Below the pieces are notes generated by a model. It searched no databases. It saw only the letters and a list, made by a program, of their open reading frames with translations, and had not been told where the DNA came from. Position numbers and translations under genes: made by a program. DNA of 61,594 nucleotides, counting the filler, from Jimgerdemannia flammicorona (taxonomy: Eukaryota), in NCBI GenBank assembly GCA_003990765.1. It is 3 parts of 3 records of this genome, joined end to end, with 100 filler letters (N's around TTAATTAATTAA, not from the genome) between each part and the next. Parts side by side here need not be neighbours in the genome. Positions count along the whole stretch, not along the records: positions 20,566 to 41,030 come from RBNJ01001676.1; 2 more parts are not named here. One strand, 5' to 3'. This document shows, piece by piece, positions 25,001 through 36,800 of the stretch (its first letter is position 1; each line of letters opens with the position of its first letter).

Positions 25001-25554
25001 GAAGAATTCTTACTTCGAATATGCAATTTAAGCCAGATTGCCATCGAGAATTTATCGTGAGCTCAAGAACAACAATCACAGTATGTTAACCAACACCGCC
25101 GAGAAGAAACTTTTGATATTAGAGAAAAAGTCCTACTAGACATCAGAGGATACCGAGTTGACAACCTCAAGCACAGACCATCCACAAAGCTGAACAGCAA
25201 GTTCATTGGACCATTCGAAGTCATTTCACAAGTCTCTCCAACCTCCTACAAATTGGCGCTACCAGACACTATTAAGATTCACCCAGTCTTTAATGTTCAA
25301 CGTCTCAAGCGATACAATGACAATGATGATAGCTATTTCCAAACTGAACCACCAAACCACCTGCACCTGTCATCATTAATGACCAAGAAGAATACGAAGT
25401 TGAACAAATCCTCAACAAACGTGGTAACAAGAACCATCCCGAGTACCTTGTCAAATGGAAAGGTTACCCGATCCACAATGCAACCTGGGAACCCAAGACC
25501 AATCTTCAGAATGCTACCAACCTAGTTCAGGAATATGATTCCTTGAACAACTAG
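22024..25554 (+). pseudogene. pol: Pol: aspartic protease, RT, RNase H, integrase, chromodomain (frameshifts and stops)
   Basis: [38 protein letters not shown]..., EKEMLAI, TDHKSL; H..AGH..CDAC, MDF, SDRD, TDGQTERMNRTLE; IHPVF; EYEVEQIL..YLVKWKGY...TWEP at ~25390-25545. Confidence 0.95.
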
Positions 25555-25965
25555 AACCAAATACTCTGCACCGATCCATACATACTATATATTATCCTTC
25601 TGAACATTATAACTATCATGAACCAAGTCAGGAACTCAGCAAAACAAGACAAGAATATCGACCCTCTGGAAAAATAGCAAAACTGAAAGCAAGCCTATTC
25701 TCTCCATACCACTAGTGGGAAACAAGGCATAGACATTTAAGAAGATTCCTTAGAGGAAATTCTCCAGCAGTAAATGATGTCAGAATCACTTCCGGTGCAC
25801 GGTATTGAACACATGACCCTTTAATGTGTGAATCCAATGCGTTAGGCAACTGTACTACGAGCATGCCACTTTCTGAGAAAATGGACCTTACTAGACTTTT
25901 GACCTTCCAAACGGTATAACAACACTAGAACAAATTAGAAGGCCCCGACGAGGACATCGAAAGCT

Positions 25966-25978
25966 AAGAAGGGGAGAG
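25966..25978 (+). promoter_or_regulatory. Polypurine tract
   Basis: AAGAAGGGGAGAG one base before the TG start of the LTR. Confidence 0.85.
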
Positions 25979-25979
25979 T

Positions 25980-28053
25980 TGTAAGCGCACAACCTCCAAG
26001 CCACCGAAGTTACATGTCACCCTCTGAACAAGCCACTGAAATCACACGCGACCTCTGAACAAATCTGGAAATCACCTGCTTGATCACAAAGCTGAGTCAA
26101 ACTGAAGTCACAGTGCACAAAGCTGAGTCAATACGAAGTCACGGAACACAAGATCTACACAAATGGAATCTTACCAATCAGGACCAAATGCATATATACT
26201 GAGCACTGAGACGCGTCGAGTCAGAGAACCAAAACAAACAACAAACCACAACTTCTAAACACACAAACATGACCACTGAGATCTACAACCATATCCGCGC
26301 TGATATTTGGAATGCCATTGTCAACCGAGCTACACCCCCTCTACCCCTCATGAATATCCATGGCCTGGCACCCCTCTACTTCATGGAAGCCCGATGGAAT
26401 GCCCTGAACATGCTTAGCGAGGCCCACCGAATTGGACAAATCTCAAGCTACTACCAGATCGGCCACCTCCTGGAAGACATGGTCGAACACCACCATGATA
26501 CAGATATTACCCAGATGTCTCAACACCAGAAGCTCATTGCCCGCAAACATCGGGAACTCTTCTATGAGTACAATACCTTTATTCCCCGCCTCCGAGTCAC
26601 TACCAGCGAAATGGTTGCTACCCTATCCTACAGCCAAATCGAGGACATGATACAAGAACTCAACCACAAGTACCTCAAATATATCCAGACTACAGACAGA
26701 ACCTTCCTGCACCCTGACGACCACATCCTGCAAATGCCTCAAGTTGGATACGCCATGAAGGACGTCTATGATATAATCCACTTCGATAAAGATGAAGCAG
26801 AAGACAATGATCCCTCTGACACCGACATGACCTCTAGCCAAGGATCTCTGCCAACCCTGATCACTCCGCCAACCTTGCCGATGAACTTACAACAGTTCAT
26901 AACTACATACGAGACCTATTGGGACAATGACCACTGGCACGAATACCAACCTGCGTTCACCCCCAACTACTTCAACTATAATGAAGAGACCGGAGAACAC
27001 AACCTGTACCTCCAAACAACCCTAGAGATCGAACCAACAACCCCACCACCTGAGTATGAGCGACTCGAACTACAGCCGCCAGCTTACTACAACCCCGCGA
27101 CTCATAGTGCTGTAACTTATAAAAGGTACGCAGACAGCAAATCCGATGAAAGCGAAGACAATACACCCATCCTTCGCCCACCAACACCTTATCCAGCATA
27201 TGAAACAGATGATACTATCCTGTGGGACGGAGATGAAGTCCCAATGTATTACTATCTCAGCCAACAAGGAGAAGTTATCCACGAACCACTCTTCCTAGAT
27301 GACTACTTCATCAGAGATGATGCAATCGATGGTGATGTCATCGAAGACTACCCAGATAGTGCCTAAACCTATAATTAGTCTAGCAGTCATAGTATAGATA
27401 GATTAGCCTTGTACAACGTGACTGTGAACTGACTCAGCAGTCAGACGATCTCTTGACATGTCAGATCACACTTGTACTATGTGACTGCATTCCAACTCAG
27501 CAAGGTACTTAGTGCTACATCCATATCTAGCATAGTCCAGATAGCCCCTCACTAGTATAAATACCCCCTCCCCCAGACCTCAGAATCTCAGACTCGAACA
27601 GACTTGAACAATCCGAACACAACTCCTGAGCACTTCCCCACAATATCCCTTCACACAAATACTCCTAGTATAGCAATATCATGAATAGCAAATAAACCTA
27701 TTCCATAACCCACAAACCACTCTTAAGTAAACCCCCTCCCTGTTAGGTCTCATTCTTAACCCCATCACGAAATTTCCTAATTGGGTATTGTCTGCAGCGA
27801 TACACCAATTCAACTAAGCTGGTCTTAGTTTCTTGAACTTCCTGAAATACAGAAATCCTGAACATCCAGAACTAGTCCGGAAAAGGACTTTGGTTGAGAC
27901 GTCAACCCAATCTTGAAATCAATAAGCATAGAGGACGTACTCTATACGAAATTGATCTTGACCATAAGAAAATGGTCTTCCAGAATATCCAGAACTTCCA
28001 GAAAACCCTTCCAGAACTATGTAACGGTTATCCTAAAAAGCAACCCTCTTACA
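25980..28053 (+). repeat. 3' LTR (2074 bp) containing a gene cassette
   Basis: Starts TGTAAG after the PPT and ends CTTACA (6-bp IR); TATAAATA at 27556, AATAAA at 27691. The 5' LTR is not visible for confirmation. Confidence 0.8.
26269..27366 (+). CDS. LTR-embedded accessory protein (365 aa): helical N-terminal domain plus acidic, Pro/Tyr-rich tail; function unknown
   Basis: Intact ATG-to-TAA ORF; CCAAT at 26174 and TATATA at 26193, CA-rich leader; homologous to the ORF at 46789-47775. Confidence 0.85.
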   Translation: MTTEIYNHIRADIWNAIVNRATPPLPLMNIHGLAPLYFMEARWNALNMLSEAHRIGQISSYYQIGHLLEDMVEHHHDTDITQMSQHQKLIARKHRELFYEYNTFIPRLRVTTSEMVATLSYSQIEDMIQELNHKYLKYIQTTDRTFLHPDDHILQMPQVGYAMKDVYDIIHFDKDEAEDNDPSDTDMTSSQGSLPTLITPPTLPMNLQQFITTYETYWDNDHWHEYQPAFTPNYFNYNEETGEHNLYLQTTLEIEPTTPPPEYERLELQPPAYYNPATHSAVTYKRYADSKSDESEDNTPILRPPTPYPAYETDDTILWDGDEVPMYYYLSQQGEVIHEPLFLDDYFIRDDAIDGDVIEDYPDSA

Positions 28054-30958
28054 CAATCTCTCCAAAATCTTCTCCTTTAGATTCCTACCTATAATCTTTG
28101 TCAATACTATTTCAATCTCTTATCCAGTCTTTATTTCTTAACTTTCTACTTATAGCCTATAATCTTATCAATATTCTTCCAATAAGTACTAGCTGGGTAC
28201 TTAAATCTGCTCTATCACTCTTTTAAAGACAGTCCTTCTGTCTACTATCTAGATATCTCAGATATTGCTACTTCTATAAATCTCACTCTCTCTATCCTAT
28301 AATATAAGAAGATAATATTAAGTCTTCACTAATGATTCTCACTCTTCTGATACCTAAATTATCCTTCTATCTCTACTTTCTAATGATCTGACCAATGATA
28401 CTATTAGATATTTATCTTATCTAAAATATTTTTCAATTTTTTCTCACTAGAATCCAATCTAGCTAAGAGCCAATCAGTCTTCTTGTTAATGAGTATCATC
28501 AAGTAAATAGCCCAGTGTCCTCATCTTTTTAGAGTTTAACACTATCTATCAGGCCCATCTCTCTCTCTAACTATAGTTATTTTGTTAAACCTGGAGATAT
28601 AGTCACCTCAGTACTCTCATCTGATCTGACTAATTACTTCTCATATATTATATTAAAATATCCTCACAGAATATTCAAAGCAACTTCTTCTATACCCTTC
28701 TAAGCTAACCATCTCTTTAGCTATTGCTTTTGCTCTCTATTAATTGCTAGAAGATATATTGAACTAACTACTAGCCTATCTCTCATTTCTCTCTACAGCT
28801 GACCTCAAACTACTATTGTTGAAAGTTCTAACTTCTGTCAATTTTCTTTTTCCATATCTACCAAGATCTCAACTTATTCACTCTATCTTATACTAATAAA
28901 CTATTTCTTACTCTATTCTATAAAATACTCCTCTCTCCTTATTTATATATTTACAAAAAGATTATGTTATAATATTGAACCTTCAATTAGTAGAATACCT
29001 TTCTTCTCTTTACTTTATCTTACATCCTATTGATATTTAGAGATATTATTCACAGTTATTTTATAATATATAATAAAATATTTAAAGGTCTGTAGCCTCT
29101 CTATATCATTTTTAGTTTTAGTAAAAATGATATCCTTCTGCTCCTTACAAATTGCTCTTCAGATATATCTCTCTTTCTCACTCTCACAGAAGTTGGACAC
29201 TCTTTTTACTATCTCTTGCCTAATTACTACTATGTATATCTTATCTATCTCATAGTCTTTCTTCTCTATCATAATAGCAATCAGAGCTATAAGGACCTTA
29301 GACTCCTAGAGGACAATATTCAAAAAGCTTTTCCATTTCTCCTATAACTCTTTAAACATATCCATCTCCTTAACATTCTTCTCTTTCAGCTCCTCTAGTA
29401 CTAGCTTAAACCATACTCACTTTGAGAACTGAAGTTAAGAGTCTAGAGGCTCTGCTCAGCTTCTAAAGTATCTTCCAATCCTCTGAAATATCTAATAATA
29501 TATCTATCAACTCTAGCTCTCTTTTCTTATCTACTTTTATTAACCTTACTACCTCTCCTATCTCTAGATAGTCCCAGAATACCCTTATTACTCCAGCTAT
29601 TTAAACATTCTTACTAGAGGTCTTCTTTATCACTTTGGTCTCTCTATCTTCTTCAAAGCCTTCTCTATATTCCTCCTCTATACTGACCTATTTTCTTACT
29701 ACTTAGATATATTGAAAATATATCATTCCTTCTAGCTATAAGTGTGACACCTCAGTCTCTTTTATCACCTCCATCTGACTGCTTATCTTCTAGACCCTTT
29801 TCTCTATTTTAGCTATTATATATATGCTCTACTATCTTCTATAGTCTCTCTAATTCTGTTCTTCTCATTCTCTTCTACTTATTATCTTTTTCAATTTAGA
29901 TCTAGTTCTTAGATACTTCTTTTTACTTCTTCTTTTATAGGAGTCTTTTTATCTCTCTTTTCTCTAAAGTTATTATCAGTTTATCTTTCTTTTATTCAGA
30001 TCCTTTTCTCCTCTATATCTTATACTCCTGTTCTATAATTTAAATAATTTCAGATCAATTCTTCTTTAGATATGTCTTTTCTTTTTTATCTAGTCATACT
30101 ATTATCTCATAATTGCCATTCTGTAACTTTATGCTCTCTCAGAATATAAAACTAAAATTGACCATCTCTCTATATGGTCTAAAGACCTCTGTAATTATTA
30201 CTTTTATCTCCTGCCTCTCTAATATATAGATACCTTTTACTACTAGTCTCAATGTCCTTAGATCTTATCTCAGATATCTTATTATTTCAACCTTGATACT
30301 CTTTACCACTAGACTCTTCTCTAAGATAGTTACTGTCTTTATCTTCTTTATAAATTCAATCTCTACTATCTCTATAGAAGAGATAAACTCTAGCAACTCT
30401 ACATCCTCTACTATCTCTTTAATAAGCCTCAACATCTCTCTAGCAGAGAGTCTCAATCTTAGAAAATTTGCCAAGACTACTTATAAAGATACTGACTTAT
30501 AGAAATATAATTACAGTATTAGCTCACCAAATCTAGCTATAAGGGAAACCTTTCTCTTATATACCCTCAGAAATATTAGCAATTATACTTTCAGTTACTC
30601 TATTTCTACTTTTAGTAGCTTTCTCAGCCACTCTCTCAGCTCCAGAATTCCTAGTCACACTCTCTTACCTCTGACTCTATCTGTTATCTAACTAGTTATC
30701 TAACTCCTCTCTCTATTAATATTATAAATTTCTCTCTCTATTACTATAGGTTCCATAGCTCTATTCTTCTTTTCTATTATAGTATACCATCTCTCAGCTC
30801 CTCTTTCACTTCTTACCTCTCTCTCACTACTCTCTATATCTCTTATACCAGCTACTGCTATAAAGCTTTTAGACAGTCTCAGCCCAGATCTTCTTCTCTT
30901 TAGTCTCTTTAAGCTCATTGAATTCTAGCTCACTATACCTCCAAAGTTTACCTGAATA
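28054..30958 (-). mobile_element. L1/Tx1-like LINE, 5' half (ORF1 plus endonuclease), heavily mutated
   Basis: ATTCAGGT near 30958; ATGAGC at 30918 as at 49614; IISLNIN endonuclease N-terminus remnant near 29050. Confidence 0.7.
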
Positions 30959-33523
30959 TTATATTATTAGAATCAATTGAAAGCTTAACTCTTATTATAT
31001 CTAGTATATTCTAAAAGATGAAGTAAAAACTATTTAATATATTGATTTTATGAAAGTATGCTCTTGTGGCTTAGCTCTTTCTAAATAGTTCAAATATACT
31101 CATACTTAGTATACTTATATATCTTATAGTATAGTATATATTAGAGATATTTATAGTTACTACCAGAGCTCATAATCTTTATTATAAATGATTATACATA
31201 AGACTGAACAGAAGAAGTAGTTTATTTAAATTATATAAATTATATATATATATATTATACATTACTGATAAATGATATAAAACTGATAAAATAGTATAAA
31301 GTTATATACTGATTTATTAAGTTGCCATCTTAATAATAAAAGCAGTACTTACTGAAGAAGTTTAAGAAAATTTATAGTCCATTATCTTTATAAATAGTAT
31401 TATCTCAGATATCAAGAAATATATTCAAAAGATAGTAGTTAATATTGATCAGTAAGTATGAATTATCTAAAGATATTAAGAAGTTGACCATGAAGATCTC
31501 TGTCTAATACTTAGATCTGATTGTTAAATTCAGTATATTAACAGTTAGCTACCCTGTAAGCAAAGCTAGCAGCTATAGAGAAAGCAAGGAAATAAAGTAT
31601 TATAATTCTCTCACCAGTATTACTATTAAGAGTACACTACTCTCTTCCTGTCACTATCATTACTGGACCACCACTCTGACCTCCACAGCCACAGTCAGAT
31701 ACCATGATAGACAGCATGACTCAGTTACTATAAGACCTATCCACTGCAGTAACTCAACTCACTCAAAGAATGAACTGACCTTCAGGACCAAGGCCCCCAT
31801 GGAACAATGCTCTTAGATCTAATGATACCAAGCAACCTAGCCACGTGTAGTTTCTTGTAAAATTTCTCGCCATATGCCCTAGAAATGGTGTACTTCGGGA
31901 CAGCTAATAGTAAGATATGCGAGAACACAATGGCCGGAATTGGTTTTGTTAGTAGGGTAGTGGATGAAAATGTTGTTGAGTGGCGGAAGTAGGTGAGTGG
32001 AGTATGAGGTGGTTCGCGACGGCTGCGATGGTTGATATTAAATCGCGAGATCTCATTTGTCTTCTTGAAAAGGTTGCGGAGGATATCGGTCACTTGATGC
32101 GTTGGTATCCTTTCTATCGTAAACAGGAAAGAAAAGTATGGATTAAAGATTGAAAATTGTGTTTGCGCACGCAATCGCCTATAGATGGGAAAACTAGCGT
32201 AGCGGAGATTGTACAGTTTCGCAATCGATATTTTCAATTTTCCAAGCGGATCGGAGTATATGTTGGAAAATCAGTAACCTTTTGCAATTAAGCGTTCGGA
32301 CCAGGAATCCTCTTCCAGAAAACATTCATCATCTCCCAAAACAATTGCACATAAAATGCGATATTTTTACATGTATATACATATTAAATATTTTATTTTA
32401 TTTTATTTTAATTTTTTGTAGCGAATGGGATTCAGATAACGTGCAAAGCCAAAATCTTTAGCTCAGATCTGTCTAATATTTACCGGTGTGGAGAATCACC
32501 GATACATATATTCGCCGTTTAACCTCTCGCCCTTTCATCATTCCAATGCCAGCCCAAATTGACATTACATAGTGGAAGTCATGCTATTCACGAATGTGAT
32601 ACCGTTCTACTTTGACGAGGGTGAAACATAATTTTCTGATGACGTGGGTAAATCCAAGCTGTCTAAATTTTCCTGTCCGAGCGCCCGTCAACTGATAACG
32701 TGGTAAATCCAAGCTGTCTAAAGTTCTCCCGCACCGGCGCAGGTTGTGCGACGGCCCAGCAACTCTTTCTAGGTGAAATGTGAGCTCATCGTTTGCCACG
32801 CTGTGTATATCTCGCGTCGCATGGATCCTAATTTGCGAGACATCCCACCTCCGCAGCAAGGGAAGCGTAGCGGTGAAGTATACCAGAATACAGTGACATC
32901 GTAATCTGACGGAATACCGAGATTAAATAGTTGGGTGTTAATAAATATTGATGCCGCTGATTTCGCGCAGAAATTGCACATTCACATGGCATCTACAAGT
33001 ATTATATTACCATCCCTCTAGTTATTTTTCCCAGCAACAGACTAACATGCATCTGAGATGCAGGAGAATAAAATGGAAATGAACTTTTAAGTCTTGGGTA
33101 TCAGGTTGCATGATTGTAATACGATACGTCGATTTCATAGAGTTGACGGCGTGGAGAACAGACCAAGCGATCTCGAAAAATCCCGTCGTGTTGGTATAAT
33201 CAGGGTGAATGGAAAACGTACCATGCGCGATCCATAAGACTAGCAGGGAGCATCTAGATATCTGGTTAATCAAGTCTGTGGGCATGATCCTAAGAAAATT
33301 GGTACTGAACAAGAATATTGCCCGTGTTTTGCGTAATGTGAGTAGTATCTACAAATTTGTATTGCAAACGTACGTTGCCTTTATTCAATTTTTAGTTTCA
33401 GTTTTGGGTTGAAAGTCATTTTGTGTTTTTCTTTGTGCATCTTGACCACAACCACCAAAACCCCTCGTGCCAAAGAAAATTCGGCTATTCCAGCTCATCC
33501 TGCAACTGCGACGGCGGCACCGA

Positions 33524-33895
33524 CTATGACAACTTAGCATGAACGCGAAGCCTCTGGCAGGTGTTGACGTGGGCCCTGTATTCAGCGACAGTCAACCACT
33601 CCCCACAATAGGGACAGCAGGCGTGCTCACCGTCGTACATGTCCGGGTATTCGGGTGGCGGGGAAAGACCTTCAGGATGCTTATGCTTTCTGTAGGCTTT
33701 GGTGCCCTGGAACTTGACGAGGCACTGGGGGCACTGAAGGTCGAGGTGCTTTTCCAGGATGTGGAGGTAGTATTCTCCCTCTACGCGACACACGTGGTTA
33801 CACTTGACTCTTGGACGCTTGTCGTAGGTACACCGTTCCCAGAAATGAACAGGTTCTATTGCGGGGGAGCCGATGCATAGGCACAGTTTTAGCAT
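33524..33895 (-). CDS. Small zinc-finger protein (123 aa; C2H2-like, C2H2-like and C2HC motifs)
   Basis: C-x9-C...H-x4-H, CPQC...HKH, CPYC...H-x3-C; TATATATAAA ~140 nt upstream and a CA-rich leader; lies in CpG-retaining DNA. Confidence 0.65.
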   Translation of the reverse strand: MLKLCLCIGSPAIEPVHFWERCTYDKRPRVKCNHVCRVEGEYYLHILEKHLDLQCPQCLVKFQGTKAYRKHKHPEGLSPPPEYPDMYDGEHACCPYCGEWLTVAEYRAHVNTCQRLRVHAKLS

Positions 33896-36800
33896 GATCG
33901 TCTCGCTTATTGCCTCAGCCGAAGGTTAAAGTTTCCGGGCTCGCGTTGCAGGAAGCAGGGGGGTTGAAGGAAAGGATGAGTTGTGTTTGTTGTCTGTTGT
34001 TTTAATTAGTATTTGAGGGTACTTCCCCTTTTTTTATATATATTATGACTGCTTGAGATTGTTTTCCCTTATCAGGATGGTTTCCGTGGTCTCGGCAACG
34101 CTGTCAAAAGTCCTCCGCGGCAACGCACGGCAACGCACGGTTCTACCGAACGATCTTTTTCAGATTCGGAAACCGCATTGTTGTTGGGCCCGCGCCTGGT
34201 CACTTGGCATCATTGAACCTATGATAGGTTGTTTCTGTGGGACCAACACCTTCCAATTGGAAGCCCCTTTCCGTAATAGGCATCGGTCATTTTTGTATCG
34301 TTCCTAAACTCATTTTTAGCGATTGAGGCCGCAAGAACCAGGCACTTGGATGTAGGAAAGCGTTTTGCAAACACGAACGTCAACAAAGCGTCGGCGAACG
34401 TTTACTGTCTTCAAAGTAATTATATTGACAGACAAACAAACATTACCATTACCACTACCATGCTCCTAAAATGACTTAGTGAGATATCTCGCCAAGATCA
34501 ACTATTGCTAGCACACTGGCTAGCACCGGCTGCCTAACCAACTCTGGGAATAAAATAATCACGAGGAAAATTATAGCATGCTATTGAATTCCTCGTAGGG
34601 TTGGTTGGTCTTTGGACTTTGTCTACGGCATTCCAACCAGTTCACGTGCTTCTTGCCGGGATACCTTACCGTTTCAATATCCTAAGTGCTACCCCAGTTC
34701 CATTTTCATCGTCACGCTCAATCGGTAAATCCATCAACTCCAATAACCCTGCTTGTTTCCTGTGCTCACACATATTCGCTACCATCTATAGTTCAGAAGC
34801 TCCCTGTTTGTTATTTTGACGTGGCGGTTAGAAGAGGAAAATCATTGAAAGTGTTGGCCCTCGTTTTTGTTGTGCCCGAGTGTGAGCTGCATCTTCATTG
34901 TCATTGGCGCAATCCGCGACGTCGGCTATTAATTATTTATATGTAAATTTCTAAATGTCGCTGAGAGGAATTGGCATTTATTCCTGTGTATAATGCCCGT
35001 TTTATTGACAGACCTCATTCCCGCCCCGCAATACATGGCAAAGGAAAGCGATTCCCGTACACATTAAGAGCATTGGCAAATTTTGAATAAATATAAGTGC
35101 CCCTCGCATCGTAATTATTCTTCCGTCTAAATACAGCTCGTTGGAATCGTCCCTTACCGTTTGCAACTACTTTTGGTGTTGTATGAGAGAGCACCAGTAC
35201 TGTTAATAAGGACGACGACCACAACAATTTCGAGCAGACGTGCAGATCCCGTAACATATGGCCCCGGCAATGGTGTCGACCTAGTCGCAATGGGACTTAT
35301 ACTCACGGCTACGTTTTAATATGGCGATTGTTGCTCCTCTCAACGTCGGCCATAACCTTTTGGCGGAGGAAGCTCCACGACAATTTAGACGTCGATCGCC
35401 CGAAGGCTTTAGATAACCGCACGCTGCGCTAACTGGCCGATATTGCCTTGTTGGTGAACTTAGAAAACTGAGAGGGTATATGCAGGAATTACCGAAGGGT
35501 GAGGTTGGGGTGGATGGGTGATGCGGCGGGAGGTGGGAGACACGAAGGTTCCAGGTATTGGTTCCTAAGACGGATAGCAGGATGAGCCGAGCAGCGAGGA
35601 CTGGAACAACCACGTCCTCAAAATCAGCCCTACTGAGAATGTTCGTCGCCATCACAAAGACGCCACCGCGCAGACATGCAGATGTAGCATACTAGCATAG
35701 AACGATTACGTGCAACCCTCTTAGGGTTGCGTCTGCTTCCACGTACCTTATAGAATTATAGAGTCCTTAAAAATCTCCCATCCATCCAGATCATCCCCGA
35801 CGCCGACTCCGACGTCTTGCTGCCTCTCCTCCTAGCCAACCAAATACAGGTGAGACAGCTCCACTTACCCTGGGGAGTACACCACAGCATTTCGACCTCT
35901 TGACTCCTCCAGCCCTTGTGAAAGACGGAGGTGACACTATCTCTTCTGGCTTAAGGCTGCCTTTGACTCATCCTTATAGGGTAATAGTGCCTCATCCTTG
36001 ACTCGGTGGCTCAGTTAGACTCAACCTTTACCTTTGGTTAAGATTAACAATAACATAAACACAAACATAAACAGAAGCAGAAACAGAAACACGCCAAGGA
36101 GGCCTTGACCGAACCGGTCCGAGAGGTGGGAACACCACACTAAACCTGTTGAGAGGAGGGAGGTCCTGTAGAAAAAAAAAAAAAAAAAGGAAGAAACGTT
36201 AGTAGGTTAGTATTACGCCGCTACGCCGGGCCTGTGAAATAATAGAAAAAGAAAAAAAGAGTGGCTCTCCGATCAAACTGTGGTGGGTTGTCAACGGGCG
36301 CGAAAAACAGAAAGGAAAGAGGTGGAGACGGCGACGGTTGGAAGTGCTAGCCGCGTTCAGAAGTCACTGCATTTCATGCATTCTGGCGCACCGTCAACGT
36401 CCGCTGAAACACATGCAACGATTTCACATACTGAAGAAAAAAAAAACTAGCGAAAGATGACGGAAAGCTGGCGGATAAATTTTTACGGAAGAATAAGAGT
36501 GAAAACAACGATGGCAACATTTGAAATGGTACGATAGAAGAATTTTAAATTATGATCAATCATTCTATCAGGTTGGAAATCGTCTACATAGAATCTGAAA
36601 CACTTCGTTCCTTCCATAATTCTATTTCCCGCCACAAGTTCCATCGTTCATGATAAAATGCGAAAAATTCAAAACTATTATTTATTAAAGCACCGATAAG
36701 GTATAACGAAATGAGAACAAGAATGGGCCAAGGTAAGAACCAGTTCCCCTTGGCGAACGCAATTGTGCATGGGCGATTATACGTAATAAGGGCTTGTTTC

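Larger units (their letters stand above)
20566..28053 (+). mobile_element. Ty3/Gypsy chromovirus-type LTR retrotransposon (5' part lost in the gap)
   Basis: Domain order gag knuckle-dUTPase-PR-RT-RH-IN-chromodomain, then PPT and a TGTAAG...CTTACA LTR. Confidence 0.95.

Noticed and set aside
32640..32735. Two ~52-bp-spaced copies of GGTAAATCCAAGCTGTCTAAA
   Set aside because: Simple local duplication with no further structure seen.
35712..35730. GCAACCC-TCTTA-GGGTTGC hairpin containing TTAGGG
   Set aside because: A single telomere-like hexamer and a 7-bp stem are expected by chance.
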